Source: Candidatus Latescibacterota bacterium | GTDB lineage: Bacteria; Latescibacterota; UBA2968; UBA8231 | NCBI GenBank assembly: GCA_965204725.1 | Contig: OZ242005.1 | Coordinates: 1,600,001-1,664,000 of the forward strand | Length of the DNA stretch: 64,000 nt | Direction: 5' to 3' | In this document: piece after piece, positions 29,352 through 37,113 of the stretch | How positions within the stretch are numbered: the first letter of the stretch is position 1 | How the letters are laid out: every line of letters starts with the position of its first letter | The notes under the pieces: model-generated | The model's input: only the letters and a program-made list of their open reading frames with translations | The model's database searches: none | What the model was told of the DNA's origin: nothing | Position numbers and translations under genes: made by a program

Positions 29352-30647
29352 ATGGTCCAGTCTTTGTTTAGCGATGCCAGCCAGCGGCTGGATGAAGCGC
29401 TTGAGTATGCGTCTATTTCTGAGGACGCCATTGAGCGGCTCAAGTTGCCCAAGTCGAGTTTGAAAGTCTCTATCCCGGTGCGCATGGACAACGGGGAATT
29501 GCGCATTTTCTCGGGCTACCGAGTGCGTTACGACGACACCCGAGGCCCGACCAAAGGCGGCATTCGCTACCACCCAGACGTGTCCATCGACGAAGTTCAG
29601 TCCTTGGCTTTTTGGATGACCTTCAAATGCGCGTTGGCCAATTTGCCCTTTGGCGGCGGCAAAGGCGGCATCACGGTCAATCCCAAGCAACTGTCCCATT
29701 TTGAGCTGGAACGACTCAGCCGGGGCTATATCGACGCCATGGCCGACTTCATCGGCCCGGACATCGACATCCCGGCCCCGGATGTCTATACCAATCAGAT
29801 GATCATGGGTTGGATGGTGGATGAGTATAGCATTATCAAGCGGCAGATCACGCCCGCGGTCATCACCGGCAAGCCCTTGACTATGGGGGGGAGCCTAGGG
29901 CGCGATACAGCGACCGCGATGGGGGCCTTTTTCACCATTGAGGCCACTTGGCCCAAGCTCGGCTTTAGTGGGTCGCCGGGCACTACGACTGTGGCCGTGC
30001 AAGGTTTTGGCAATGCCGGGGCCATCGTCGCTGAATTGCTCTTCAATGCGGGGTATAAGGTCGTCGCCGTAAGCGATTCCAAGGGCGGCATTTACCGGCG
30101 CGAAGGGCTCGACATCCCCAGCGTGCGTCAGTTCAAGGATTCGACCCGCACCCTCAAGGCGGTGTACTGCGAGGATACGGTATGCAGCATCGTCGAGCAC
30201 GAGACCATCACCAACGAGGAATTGCTCGCGCTCGACGTGGATATTTTGGCACCAGCGGCCTTGGAAAACCAGATCACCGAGGGCAACGCCGGCGACATTC
30301 AGGCCAAGGCGGTGTACGAACTGGCCAACGGCCCCACGACCCCGGGAGCCGACGCGATCCTCCGTCAGCGGGACGTGGTGGTATTTCCCGACATCTTGGT
30401 CAACGCCGGCGGCGTGACCGTGAGCTATTTCGAGTGGGTGCAGAATCGCCAAGGGCTGTACTGGACTTTGGACGAAGTGAACCAGCGGCTCAAGCAGAAA
30501 ATGGTTGAGGAGTCCGAGCGCATTTGGGCCATTGCCCAACAGCAGGGGATCGCGCCGCGCACCGCCGCGTACGTCCACGCCTTGAACCGGATCGGCGATG
30601 CTGTCCAAGCCAAGGGGACTAAAGAGTACTTCACCGATGGGGCGTGA
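29352..30647 (+). CDS. gdhA: Glu/Leu/Phe/Val dehydrogenase (glutamate dehydrogenase)
   Basis: KGGIRYHP, GGGKGG, PAPD, QGFGNAG, ELANGP, NAGGVTVSYFEW. Confidence 0.92.
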   Translation: MVQSLFSDASQRLDEALEYASISEDAIERLKLPKSSLKVSIPVRMDNGELRIFSGYRVRYDDTRGPTKGGIRYHPDVSIDEVQSLAFWMTFKCALANLPFGGGKGGITVNPKQLSHFELERLSRGYIDAMADFIGPDIDIPAPDVYTNQMIMGWMVDEYSIIKRQITPAVITGKPLTMGGSLGRDTATAMGAFFTIEATWPKLGFSGSPGTTTVAVQGFGNAGAIVAELLFNAGYKVVAVSDSKGGIYRREGLDIPSVRQFKDSTRTLKAVYCEDTVCSIVEHETITNEELLALDVDILAPAALENQITEGNAGDIQAKAVYELANGPTTPGADAILRQRDVVVFPDILVNAGGVTVSYFEWVQNRQGLYWTLDEVNQRLKQKMVEESERIWAIAQQQGIAPRTAAYVHALNRIGDAVQAKGTKEYFTDGA

Positions 30648-30659
30648 CGCCGTCCGACC

Positions 30660-30733
30660 TTAGTACGCGACACTCCGTTGCGTCCGGGATCGAGGGCGTC
30701 CCGCCCTCGACGAGGGCAAGATGCCCTCGATCC
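30660..30733 (+). repeat. family A element, internally deleted copy
   Basis: TAGTACGCGACAC end plus complete GGATCGAGGGC...GCCCTCGATCC core. Confidence 0.8.
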
Positions 30734-30743
30734 TCTGGCTGAA

Positions 30744-30772
30744 TTGACGCTAGGAGGGACGGCGGCTATATT
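30744..30772 (+). promoter_or_regulatory. sigma70 promoter for the isomerase-LarA-SDR operon
   Basis: TTGACG-17 bp-TATATT. Confidence 0.6.
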
Positions 30773-30810
30773 GCGCGAGGTTTAGCATTCAGCAAGATAC
30801 AGGAGACCCG

Positions 30811-31575
30811 ATGCCTACTTCAGTGATTGGCGCCCAGTTGTTTACGGTGCGCGACTATGCCAAAACTCCAGAGGACATTCGTCAGACCTTCGCCAAGGTG
30901 CGAGCGCTTGGCTACGAGGCGGTGCAAGCGTCGGCCCTAGGGGCTATTGCGCCGGCCGAACTCGCCGCGATAAGCGAGGCCGAGGGGGTGCAGATCGCGG
31001 CTACGCATACCAGCTACCAGCGCATCTGCGACGAACCGCAAGCCGTCGTGGAGGAGCACCAGATGTGGGGCTGCCGCCATGTGGCTATCGGCGGCTTGCC
31101 GCAAGAAAACCGGCACCACGAGGGCTTTGTGCGCTTTGCGGCCGAGGCTTCGGAGGCTGCGCGGCCCCTCATCGACGCGGGCCTGACCTTTAGCTACCAC
31201 AACCACAGCTTTGAGCTGGAGCGCTTTGCAGGGCGCACGGGGCTGGACATCCTCCGCGAGGAGAGCGACCCGGCCGTCTTTTCCTTTGAAATGGACACCT
31301 ATTGGATCCAACACGGCGGCGGCAACCCGGCCTCGTGGTTGGACAAGTTCCGCGACCGCATGCACCTCGTCCATCTCAAGGACCTGAGCATGGATGGCGC
31401 TAGGCAATGCTTCGCCGAAGTTGGGGAGGGGAACTTGGAGTGGGGGCCTATTCTCACGGCCTGTAAAAGGGCGCAAATCGAATGGTACTTGGTCGAACAG
31501 GACATCTGCCCCGGCGACCCCTTTGCCAGCTTGGGTCTGAGCCTGCGCAACCTGCGGGCCATGGGGTTGGACTAG
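30811..31575 (+). CDS. sugar phosphate isomerase/epimerase (IolE/AP2 TIM barrel)
   Basis: QLFTVRD, YHNHSFE, EMDTYW, VHLKD, VEQD. Confidence 0.9.
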   Translation: MPTSVIGAQLFTVRDYAKTPEDIRQTFAKVRALGYEAVQASALGAIAPAELAAISEAEGVQIAATHTSYQRICDEPQAVVEEHQMWGCRHVAIGGLPQENRHHEGFVRFAAEASEAARPLIDAGLTFSYHNHSFELERFAGRTGLDILREESDPAVFSFEMDTYWIQHGGGNPASWLDKFRDRMHLVHLKDLSMDGARQCFAEVGEGNLEWGPILTACKRAQIEWYLVEQDICPGDPFASLGLSLRNLRAMGLD

Positions 31576-31584
31576 GAGGAAATC

Positions 31585-32766
31585 ATGCAGGAAGTGCTCG
31601 TTCCTTGGGCCGCTTGGTACGGCGAGGCCCCGTTCAAAATGGAATTTCCCGACCATTGGGACGTGGCGGTTCACCGGATGCGCGGCGGGCCGGACATTGG
31701 CGACGCCGGCATCCGTCGGGTGCTGCAAGAGGCCATTGGTGCTCCGCCGTTGCGCGAATTCGCCCGCGGCCGGTCTTCAGCCGCCATCTTGGTTGACGAC
31801 CTGTCGCGCCCCACGCCGGCTTTTCGGCTGTTGCCTTATGTGCTCGAAGAGTTGGCCGCGGCCGGGATTGGGGCCGATGCCGTAAAAATTATCTGTGCGC
31901 TGGCGGCCCACCGCCCGATGACCCGCGACGATTTGGTCAAGAAGGTCGGGTTGGACATCGTCGATACCATGCAGGTTCTCAACCACAATGCCTACGAGAA
32001 CTTGGAGTTTTTGGGCTATTCTAGCCGCGGGATCCCGATTTGGGTCAACCGCGACATGACCTCTTGCGAGGTTCGCATTGCCTTGGGGATGATTACGCCG
32101 CGCGGCGGGATGTTTGGCGGCGGGGCCAAATTGCTCATTCCCGGGGCTTGTGGGCAGCAGACGATTATGCTCAATCACCGCCACGTCCACGAAAATTTTC
32201 GCGCTCACCTGTCCGAGGTGGCGAAGATGGCTGGGGTCCGCTATATCGTCAATCCGCTGCTCAACGAGGACTTGGAAATCTCGGGCTTGGTCGCTGGGGA
32301 CACGGATGCGGCCTTTGAGCGGGGCTGTGAGTTGGGGCGCGTCCAGTACGCAACCCAAGTGCCCGACGCCTTTGATATTGGGGTGTTCAATGCCTTTCCC
32401 AAGGATACGGAACTGTGCCAAGCGGGGTTGGCTATGACGCCGTTGGGCGGAACTCAGAAAAACCCCTTCAACGAAAACTCGACTACGGTTATGTGCTCGG
32501 CTAGCCCGGAGGGGCTGGGCTGGCACTCGGTGTTGGGGCCGGGCACGGCGTTGCGGGGAAAGCCCGGCCGACCGGCCCGCCGCACTCTTTTGTTTTCGCC
32601 GAATATCAACAAGTGGGATGCGGCCTCGCTCTTTGGCGAAGGGGTTGTTTTTTGCAAGACTTGGGAGGCCGTGTTGAGCGAATTGGAAAAACACCACGGG
32701 GCGGGCGCGAAAGTGTCGGTCTTTCCGGCGGGTGCGCTGCAACGGGCCGCCGATGCCAGTTATTAA
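31585..32766 (+). CDS. lactate racemase (LarA) superfamily protein
   Basis: DDLSRPTP, AHRPM, GIPIWVN, FGGGAKLLIPG, NH motifs. Confidence 0.82.
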   Translation: MQEVLVPWAAWYGEAPFKMEFPDHWDVAVHRMRGGPDIGDAGIRRVLQEAIGAPPLREFARGRSSAAILVDDLSRPTPAFRLLPYVLEELAAAGIGADAVKIICALAAHRPMTRDDLVKKVGLDIVDTMQVLNHNAYENLEFLGYSSRGIPIWVNRDMTSCEVRIALGMITPRGGMFGGGAKLLIPGACGQQTIMLNHRHVHENFRAHLSEVAKMAGVRYIVNPLLNEDLEISGLVAGDTDAAFERGCELGRVQYATQVPDAFDIGVFNAFPKDTELCQAGLAMTPLGGTQKNPFNENSTTVMCSASPEGLGWHSVLGPGTALRGKPGRPARRTLLFSPNINKWDAASLFGEGVVFCKTWEAVLSELEKHHGAGAKVSVFPAGALQRAADASY

Positions 32767-32778
32767 AGAGGAGAAAAC

Positions 32779-33555
32779 ATGCCACCGCTAGCGCGTTTTG
32801 GTTTAGAGGGTAAAATCGTCGTTGTCACTGGGGCTGGCCGGGGGATTGGCCGGACGATTGCGCTCGAATGCGTCCAGTCGGGTGCGCATGTCGCTGTGGG
32901 CAGCCGCACTACGTCCGAGTTGGAAACGCTATCGGCGGAGATTGAGGCGGCGGGTGGGCGGTGCTTTTATCACCGGCTCGACGTAACAGACGTAGGCTCT
33001 ATCGAGCGTTTCATGGCTGCGGTCGTGGCGCACTACGGGCGGCTTGACGTGCTGGTCAACAACGCTGGCTACAACAAGGTGGGCAAAATTCTCGACTGCG
33101 ACGAAAGCCTTTATGACTTGATCGTCGATGCCAACTTAAAGAACGTGTTTTTCTGTAGCCAGATTGCTGCGCGGCAGATGATCGCGCAGGGGCAGGGGGG
33201 CACTATCGTCAATATCTCGTCCCAAGCGGGCGTGGTCGGTGCGCCGGAGCGCGGGCCGTACTCGGGGGCCAAAGGGGGCGTCAACAACCTGACGCGGACC
33301 ATGGCCGCAGAATGGGCCGAATATCAGATACGGGTCAACGCGGTGGCTCCCACTGTGACCCGGTCGCCGCTGGCCGAAACCGCGATGCGGGAAAGCCAAG
33401 CCTTTGCCGATGCGGTCAAGACCAAAAACCTCCTGCGTGGAGCCTTGGCCGAGCCGGAGGAAATGTCGGCGCCGGTAATCTTTCTGGCTTCGGATGCCGC
33501 GTCGATGATCACCGGCCACACGCTCGTGGTCGATGGGGGGTGGACTATTGTCTAG
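32779..33555 (+). CDS. SDR family oxidoreductase
   Basis: TGAGRGIG, NNAG, YSGAK, VDGG. Confidence 0.93.
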   Translation: MPPLARFGLEGKIVVVTGAGRGIGRTIALECVQSGAHVAVGSRTTSELETLSAEIEAAGGRCFYHRLDVTDVGSIERFMAAVVAHYGRLDVLVNNAGYNKVGKILDCDESLYDLIVDANLKNVFFCSQIAARQMIAQGQGGTIVNISSQAGVVGAPERGPYSGAKGGVNNLTRTMAAEWAEYQIRVNAVAPTVTRSPLAETAMRESQAFADAVKTKNLLRGALAEPEEMSAPVIFLASDAASMITGHTLVVDGGWTIV

Positions 33556-33616
33556 CCAGCTATTGCGTTGAATGGCAATAAGTTGCTGGCTAGACGTTAT
33601 CGCAGTTCTTCAAGGG
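33481..33616 (+). repeat. direct repeat copy 1 (SDR 3' end plus terminator hairpin)
   Basis: Near-identical to 34570-34705. Confidence 0.92.
33550..33595. terminator. hairpin after the SDR stop (duplicated at 34639-34684)
   Basis: GTCTAGCCAGC-TATTGC...GCAATA-AGTT-GCTGGCTAGAC. Confidence 0.6.
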
Positions 33617-33750
33617 CCGCAGGGCCAATTCACTAAAACAGCGGGGCGTCACGGGCTTGGCGGAAGCCGAGGATGGGCACTTGTGCGGCCTAAGCGCGGC
33701 CTTATCTTGCCGGTTCGCACACTACTAACCCCACCGAAAAGGACAAGGCT

Positions 33751-34522
33751 ATGAACTCAACAACTCGCTTATGCTTGCTTATGTTGGCAGCGGTGCTGGC
33801 CGGCTGCGGCACGACAATGAATCCAGAAGTGCGCCTTTACAGGGCGGCCGGCATGGGAGACTTGGAAGCAGTGAAGTATCTGGTAGAGGACGGGGCTAAC
33901 GTTCATTCCGCTAACAACAAGGGCATGACACCCCTTCACGCGGCGGCCTTAGGGGGCCACTTGGAGGTAGTGAAGTATCTGGTAGAGGACGGGGCTAACG
34001 TTAATGCCACTAACAGCGATGGCGGGAGGCCCCTTTACGGGGCGGCTAGCATGGGCCACTTGGAAGTAGTGAAGTATCTGGTAGCTCACGGGGCTAACGT
34101 TCATGCCGCTCTTCACGAGGCGGCCTTAGGGGGCCACTGGGCAGTAGTGAAGTATCTGGTAGCTCACGGGGCTAACGTTTCATGTCGCTACCAGCGATGG
34201 CGTGACGCCCCTTCACAGGGCGGCCTTCAAGGGCGATTTGGAAGTAGTGAAGTATCTGGTAGAGCATGGGGCTAACGTTCATGCCGCTGCCAGCTACAGC
34301 GACTTCTACAGCGGCGTGACCGGCTTAACGCCTCTTCACGCGGCGGCCCTTGGGGGCCATTTGGCAGTAGTGAAGTATTTGGTAGCTCACGGGGCTGACG
34401 TTAATGGCGATGTTAATCGCGATGACAGCGATGGCGTAACGCCCCTTCGCGTGGCGGCTGAGAGGGGCTACTCGGAAGTAGTGGAGTATCTAAAACTCGT
34501 TGGGGCTCGTCCACTGGACTGA
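33751..34522 (+). pseudogene. ankyrin-repeat lipoprotein split by a +1 frameshift near 34180 (or sequencing error)
   Basis: Lipobox LAGC; about 7 ankyrin units (TPLH.AA..GHLEVVKYLV..GANV); GCTAACGTTTCAT has one more T than the GCTAACGTTCAT of sister repeats. Confidence 0.85.
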
Positions 34523-34569
34523 CTGGCGGGATCGTCCACCTCTTCAAGCTCGGAAGTAGTGGAGTATCC

Positions 34570-34705
34570 TTTTTGGCCTCGGATGCCGCGTCGATGATCA
34601 CCGGCCACACGCTCGTGGTCGATGGGGGATGGACTATTGTCTAGCCAGCTATTGCGTTGAACGGCAATAAGTTGCTGGCTAGACGTTATCGCAATTCTTC
34701 AAGGG
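34570..34705 (+). repeat. direct repeat copy 2 (duplicated SDR 3' end and hairpin)
   Basis: CGGATGCCGCGTCGATGATCACCGGCCACACGCTCGTGGTCGATGGGG...TTCTTCAAGGG matches 33481-33616 with few substitutions. Confidence 0.92.
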
Positions 34706-34713
34706 GCTGTTGC

Positions 34714-34803
34714 CGCTGAATCCGGGATCGAGGGCGTCCCGCCCTCGACGAGGGCAAGATGCCCTCGATCCCGGGAAGGCGGGCCGCTGGTGTCGGGTAG
34801 TAA
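34714..34803 (+). repeat. family A element lacking one end
   Basis: Full double-hairpin core plus GGTGTCGGGTAGTAA end. Confidence 0.82.
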
Positions 34804-34956
34804 GCAATAGTAAATCAAAACGACTTGTCGAGAAAAACTGCACGTTTTAGCCCAAATCTTCACAAAGGCCCCAATACCGAGGCCGTCAACTCGCGTTGTC
34901 CCAATCGGTTAAGCAGCTTACTTTAGCAGACCATCGCCAGTACAAGGGGGCTTTGC

Positions 34957-37113
34957 TTGCTAAGACGCTTGCCGATTCACTACCTACACCACCTCGCTGG
35001 GCGCAACCAAGCCCTGCTCGCGCAGCCCGGGGCGCAAAAGCTAACCATGCGGGCGTTTTGGGTCGGGTCGTTTCTCAGCTTTTTTCTCGCCGTCGGTGCG
35101 CCGTACGGCAACATGATCATACGCGGTTCCTACATGGCCTTGGACTTCAGCACGCCGGGGGCCATTTTTTTGTTCTTAGTGCTCATCGGCCTGCTCAACG
35201 TGCTGTTCAAAGTCGCGGCCCATCCGCTGGGGGCCGTAGCGTGGGCTTTGGTCTCAGGTGCGCTGTACAGCTCGTACTACGGCTGGGTGGCCCCCCTCGA
35301 TCCTTTTGCCCCGGGCTTTTTCTTCGCCACCTTCATCCTCGCCTCATCCCTGCTCAATGTGCTCTGCGTCTTTTCCGGGCGGAGCTTGGTCCTCAACCGC
35401 GCCGAGCTAATTCTCGTGTACGTCATGCTGCTGATCGTCGCGGCCGTTTGCACCATGGGCCTGAGCGAACAAATTCTGCCGATGATCACGGCGGTGTTTT
35501 ACTTTGCCTCGCCGGAAAACAAGTGGCGGGAAGTGCTCTTTCCCCATTTTTCTACGCGCCCGGTCCTCGTCGTCGATGGTCAGGACAACAAGTCCTTTTA
35601 CGAAGGGTTGTCGCCCGGGGAGGCGATACCCTACGCGGCGTGGGTCGAGCCTTTGTGCTGGTGGGCCGTTTTTCTCTTGGCCCTATACGTGACCATGGTG
35701 TCGGTCGCGGTCATCGTCCGTCGGCAGTGGATGGAGCGCGAGCGTTTGCCCTATCCGATCACGCAGGTGGGAATCGCCATGGTGCGCGGCGAGGAACGCG
35801 CGCTCAAGATCAACACCTTTTTTCGCCAGCCGGCCATGTGGGCTGGTTTTATGCTGCCGATTGTCTTTGGCAGCTTAAAGGCCCTGCATCGCTACGACGC
35901 GGCCTTTCCGGTCCTCGCCCAGACGACGTGGATACCCTTCGTCGGCAAACAGACCTTGGAACTGAGCGTTAGCTTTGCCATGGTCGGCTTTTCGTACTTC
36001 ATCAACGCCAACATCGCGGCGGGGATCTGGTTTTTCCACCTGTTGGCCAAGGTTGAAAAGGAGTTCTTTACCCTCGCCGGCGTGACGTCCGAGCAAAAGA
36101 TCGTCTATGGCGTGGACGACGTTTCGCTGATGGCCTACCAAGGGGTCGGTGCCTTGCTCGCGATGGTCGGAGTGGGCTTGTGGGTGGGACGGGAACACTT
36201 GCGCAATGTGTGTAAAAAGGCCCTCGGCTTGGCTCCAGAGGTGGAGGACGGGGACGAGATCATGTCCTATCGCGGAGCCTTTTTCGGCACGGTGGGCGGA
36301 GTTGTGGTCATGTCGGGATGGCTGTGGGTCATGGGAACGCCGCTGTGGGTGGCGTTTGTTTTTGTCGGCTTGGCCCTGTTGGTCTTCCTCGGGTTGACGC
36401 GCATCGTGGCCGAAGCCGGCCTAGCGGTGGTGCGCGCCCCGATGACGGCCCCCGACTTGGTGATCTTGGGATTGGGAACCGACCTCGTGAGCCGGACGGG
36501 CGTGTGGAACGTGTCGTTGGCCTATATGTGGGGCGCGGATGTGCGGGTGTTCGTCATGGCGACTTGCACCAACGCCCTCAAGCTCATCGAGGAGATGGAG
36601 CCTCGGCTGCGGCGGCTGGTGTTTTGGGCCATTATTCTCGCGCTCTTCATCGGCGCGCTCGGCTCGTTGTGGATGATTTTTCACGCGGCCTATCAGCACG
36701 GCGGCGTGAATCTCGACGGTTGGTTTTTCAAAAGCGCGCCCGAAGCCGCGTACCAGAACGCGTTCCTCAACATGGAGCCAGCGGGCGTTCACTGGCCGGG
36801 GATGGGGTTTTTCGCCGGCGGTGGGCTGGCGATGGGAGCGATGATGTGGGCGCGGCAGCGTCTGCCGTGGTGGCCCGTGCATCCCATCGGCTTTCCCATT
36901 GGGGCCAACCTCATGCTCAAAGACGTGTGGTTTAGCGTGTTTTTGGCTTGGTTTATCAAGAAGCTGATCATGCGCTTTGGCGGGGTGGCTTTGTATCGCC
37001 GCAGTCAGATGTTCTTTTTGGGGCTGATCTGCGGGCAGGCCTCGTGCAATGGGATTTGGCTGGTCATAGACTACTTCACGGGAAAAGTGGGGAACTCCAT
37101 TTTTTGGGTATGA
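34957..37113 (+). CDS. DUF6785/DUF6784-type polytopic membrane protein (OPT-like)
   Basis: ELILVYVML, FASPENKW, RRQWMERERLPYPI, RIVAEAG, WWPVHPIGF, KKLIMRFGG, FFLGLI motifs; start uncertain (34957-35047). Confidence 0.75.
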   Translation: MLRRLPIHYLHHLAGRNQALLAQPGAQKLTMRAFWVGSFLSFFLAVGAPYGNMIIRGSYMALDFSTPGAIFLFLVLIGLLNVLFKVAAHPLGAVAWALVSGALYSSYYGWVAPLDPFAPGFFFATFILASSLLNVLCVFSGRSLVLNRAELILVYVMLLIVAAVCTMGLSEQILPMITAVFYFASPENKWREVLFPHFSTRPVLVVDGQDNKSFYEGLSPGEAIPYAAWVEPLCWWAVFLLALYVTMVSVAVIVRRQWMERERLPYPITQVGIAMVRGEERALKINTFFRQPAMWAGFMLPIVFGSLKALHRYDAAFPVLAQTTWIPFVGKQTLELSVSFAMVGFSYFINANIAAGIWFFHLLAKVEKEFFTLAGVTSEQKIVYGVDDVSLMAYQGVGALLAMVGVGLWVGREHLRNVCKKALGLAPEVEDGDEIMSYRGAFFGTVGGVVVMSGWLWVMGTPLWVAFVFVGLALLVFLGLTRIVAEAGLAVVRAPMTAPDLVILGLGTDLVSRTGVWNVSLAYMWGADVRVFVMATCTNALKLIEEMEPRLRRLVFWAIILALFIGALGSLWMIFHAAYQHGGVNLDGWFFKSAPEAAYQNAFLNMEPAGVHWPGMGFFAGGGLAMGAMMWARQRLPWWPVHPIGFPIGANLMLKDVWFSVFLAWFIKKLIMRFGGVALYRRSQMFFLGLICGQASCNGIWLVIDYFTGKVGNSIFWV

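Noticed and set aside
33550-33604. Duplicated hairpin as an integron attC site
   Set aside because: No RYYYAAC/GTTRRRY pair and no integrase; better explained as a terminator copied with the gene end.
33830-34490. Regular nucleotide repeats as a CRISPR array
   Set aside because: They are in-frame ankyrin units of about 99 bp; no unique spacers or cas genes.
33481-34705. Direct repeats as a DGR template/variable pair
   Set aside because: Substitutions are few and not adenine-specific; no reverse transcriptase.
34896-35972. 358-aa alternative-frame ORF and other long overlapping or antisense ORFs
   Set aside because: Arg/Pro/Ala-rich shadows of GC-rich genes with no recognisable motifs.
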